From NCBI GenBank assembly GCA_905178155.1, contig CAJINV010000003.1:11040339-11104338 (forward strand): a stretch of 64,000 bases of DNA, written 5' to 3'. The translations under genes and the position numbers were made by a program. The DNA comes from Amoebophrya sp. A120 (taxonomy: Eukaryota; Protista; Dinoflagellata). A model generated the notes under the pieces. It was not told where the DNA came from. It ran no database searches and saw nothing but the letters and a program-made list of their open reading frames with translations. Positions 62,201-64,000 of the stretch are shown piece after piece (positions within the stretch are counted from its first letter, which is position 1; each line of letters opens with the position of its first letter).

Positions 62201-62817
62201 GCTCTGCTGGACCGTTATTTCCGCTTCTGGCCCGAACTGCGCCGGGTAAGGAAGATGATCATGCCTACTACCATGATGCACACTCCTCGGAATTTGCATT
62301 TGCGAACGAGAGCAGCATTGCGAGCTCTGGCGACGGTGAGGTAACTGCTCGAGCGAGTGTCGGATGTTTTTTCGATAAACCGCCGTGGGCTTGTTCACGA
62401 TCCCAATCAGAACCACTGCAGGAGATGAACTACAAGCACAAGGATCATCTTCAACAGGCTCGTGATATCCAGCACGACGACCAGGAACATGACCAGGTTT
62501 CATCTACAGCTGGTGCCACAGAGAACGGCTTAATAACGCAAGCACGCGGGATTGATGCTGGCGATGAGGAGACACTAGCGGAAGGTGGGGCAGCGAGCGA
62601 TGATGAGGGTACTAACGTCGACATGGAGCGTCGAAAAACCACCGAAGATTATCTTCCGCCAGACGACGACTTGTCATCGCAGTCTACTACTACTGGTGTG
62701 CATCCTTGTAAAACAAAAACAAGCGTGCCCGGTATGAGAGTGCATAACTACTGCTCCCGCCCCCCCCTCATTACTAGCCTTCTCCCGCTTCCCGTGTTCA
62801 GTAACCTGCAGACTTAA
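59208..62817 (+). CDS. Large hypothetical low-complexity protein; N-terminal ORF 59208-59729 overlaps the 1055-aa ORF 59650-62817 in another frame
   Basis: Long open frame; signal-like N-terminus ASFVLSVLLLPGGRFFLFSIAAG; internal TM-like FVAMVLALLFQLLTWLPAV. Confidence 0.55.
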
Positions 62818-62869
62818 TAGTATTCCGCTAGATGAATAGTAGCACTCAGCGTCTCTCTGTGGAGAATCG

Positions 62870-63676
62870 TTGTCGGCGCTTCAGCACAGGCAGGCCCATC
62901 TGCCGGCGATTTTCAAAGCGCCGGAACGGCTTTGGCGCGATCGATCCGGCGCCGGCCGGCGCGGCGGGCAGGTTGCCCGCTGCCGTCATCTTGCATGCTG
63001 GCGCCGGCGGGGCCGCGATCTGGCGGCGGGGGGCGGGCATGGTCGGGCACCGGCGTGGCCAGGGCCCGACACCGGCGTGGCCAGGGTCCGGCACCGGCGT
63101 GGCCACGACGTGGCACCGCCTTGGCCGCGGCCTGGCACTTGCAGGCATGGCCATGATCCCGCACCGGTTTGGCTATGCTCTGGCACAGGCAGGCAGGCAG
63201 GCTTGGCCATGATTCATCTGGCACCGGCTTGGCCACGACCTGGCGCCGGCGGGCGCGGCCAGGCCATGTTCTGGCACCGGCCTGGCTTTGTCATGAGATG
63301 ATCTGGCCCCGGCTTGGCCATGACTTGGCGCCGGCTCCGGCTTGGCCACGACCCGGAGCCGGCTTGGCTTTGCCACCCCGGACCTGGAACCGGCTTGGCC
63401 ATTGCCTGAGGAAGCGCCGGCCTTGCCGTGATCTGGCACCGACCGGCCTTGCCACGACCTGGCACCGGCAGGCTTGGCCATGGCGTGGCACCGGCCTGGC
63501 CATGACCTGGCACGGGCCTTGCCATGATCTGGCACCGGCTTGGCCATGATCTGGTGTCGGCCTTGCCGCGACCCGGCACCGGGCGGCTTGGCCATGATCT
63601 GGCGCCGGGTAGGTCGGCCATGATCTGGCACCGGCTTGGCTTGCTTTGGCCATGATGTGGCACCGGGCGGCTTGGC
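62870..63676. repeat. GC-rich degenerate ~22-bp array (GGCACCGGCTTGGCCATGATCT)
   Basis: Many imperfect copies at 63040-63670. Confidence 0.8.
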
Positions 63677-64000
63677 AGGCTTCGCTGCTTCGAGGCTGGC
63701 TTCGCTGCTTCGAGGCTTCGCTGCTTCGGGGCTTCGCTGCTTCGGGGTTTCGCTGCTTCGAGGCTTCGCTGCTTCGAGGCTTCGCTGCTTCGAGGCTTCG
63801 CTGCTTCGAGGCTTCGCTGCTTCGAGGCGTTGCCGCTTCGAGGCTTTGCGGCTTCGAGGGTGCGCTGCTTCGAGGCTTCGCCGCTTTGAGGGTTCGCTGG
63901 CTGCTTCGAGGCTTCGCTGCTTCGAGATTTCGAGGCTTCGCCGCTTCGAGGCTTCGCCGCTTCGAGGCTTCGCCGCTTCGAGGCCTCGCCGCTTCGAGGC
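63677..64000. repeat. 16-bp tandem minisatellite (AGGCTTCGCTGCTTCG)n running off the window end
   Basis: About 20 near-identical units. Confidence 0.9.

Noticed and set aside
62832-64000. Short ORFs and a CRISPR-like regular repeat
   Set aside because: Units are directly tandem with no unique spacers and no cas genes, in a eukaryotic context.
1-64000. rRNA, tRNA or a complete SL RNA gene; genome-wide stop-codon reassignment
   Set aside because: No such RNA genes were recognised by eye. The SL match lacks the following GT intron portion. Long ORFs read cleanly in the standard code.

Overview
Eukaryotic genomic DNA, most likely from a syndinian dinoflagellate such as Amoebophrya. This is inferred from a Kelch13 orthologue, a relict dinoflagellate spliced leader, genes all on one strand, and abundant non-canonical introns. 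All credible genes are on the + strand: an OB-fold/P-loop NTPase/coiled-coil gene, a secreted alpha/beta-hydrolase (S9-like), a Pho84/PHT1-type phosphate transporter, a very large glycosyltransferase-like membrane protein, Kelch13, a Q-rich dinoflagellate-type protein and several low-complexity ORFs. The main signal is at least 17 coding-region introns that are MITE-like elements. They have terminal inverted repeats with a shared NTAT(C/G)...(C/G)ATAN end motif and a 3-bp target duplication, and most cannot be spliced as GT-AG. Two sequence families occur in BOTH orientations inside same-strand genes, and one copy sits outside any gene. The window also contains an 827-bp retro-insertion that starts with tandem spliced-leader relics and has an 18-bp TSD and a (TC)n tail, a 5'-truncated LINE, an hAT-like non-autonomous element and GC-rich repeat blocks. 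Coordinates were counted by eye and may be off by 1-2 nt. Splicing is inferred from reading-frame restoration, not from RNA data.
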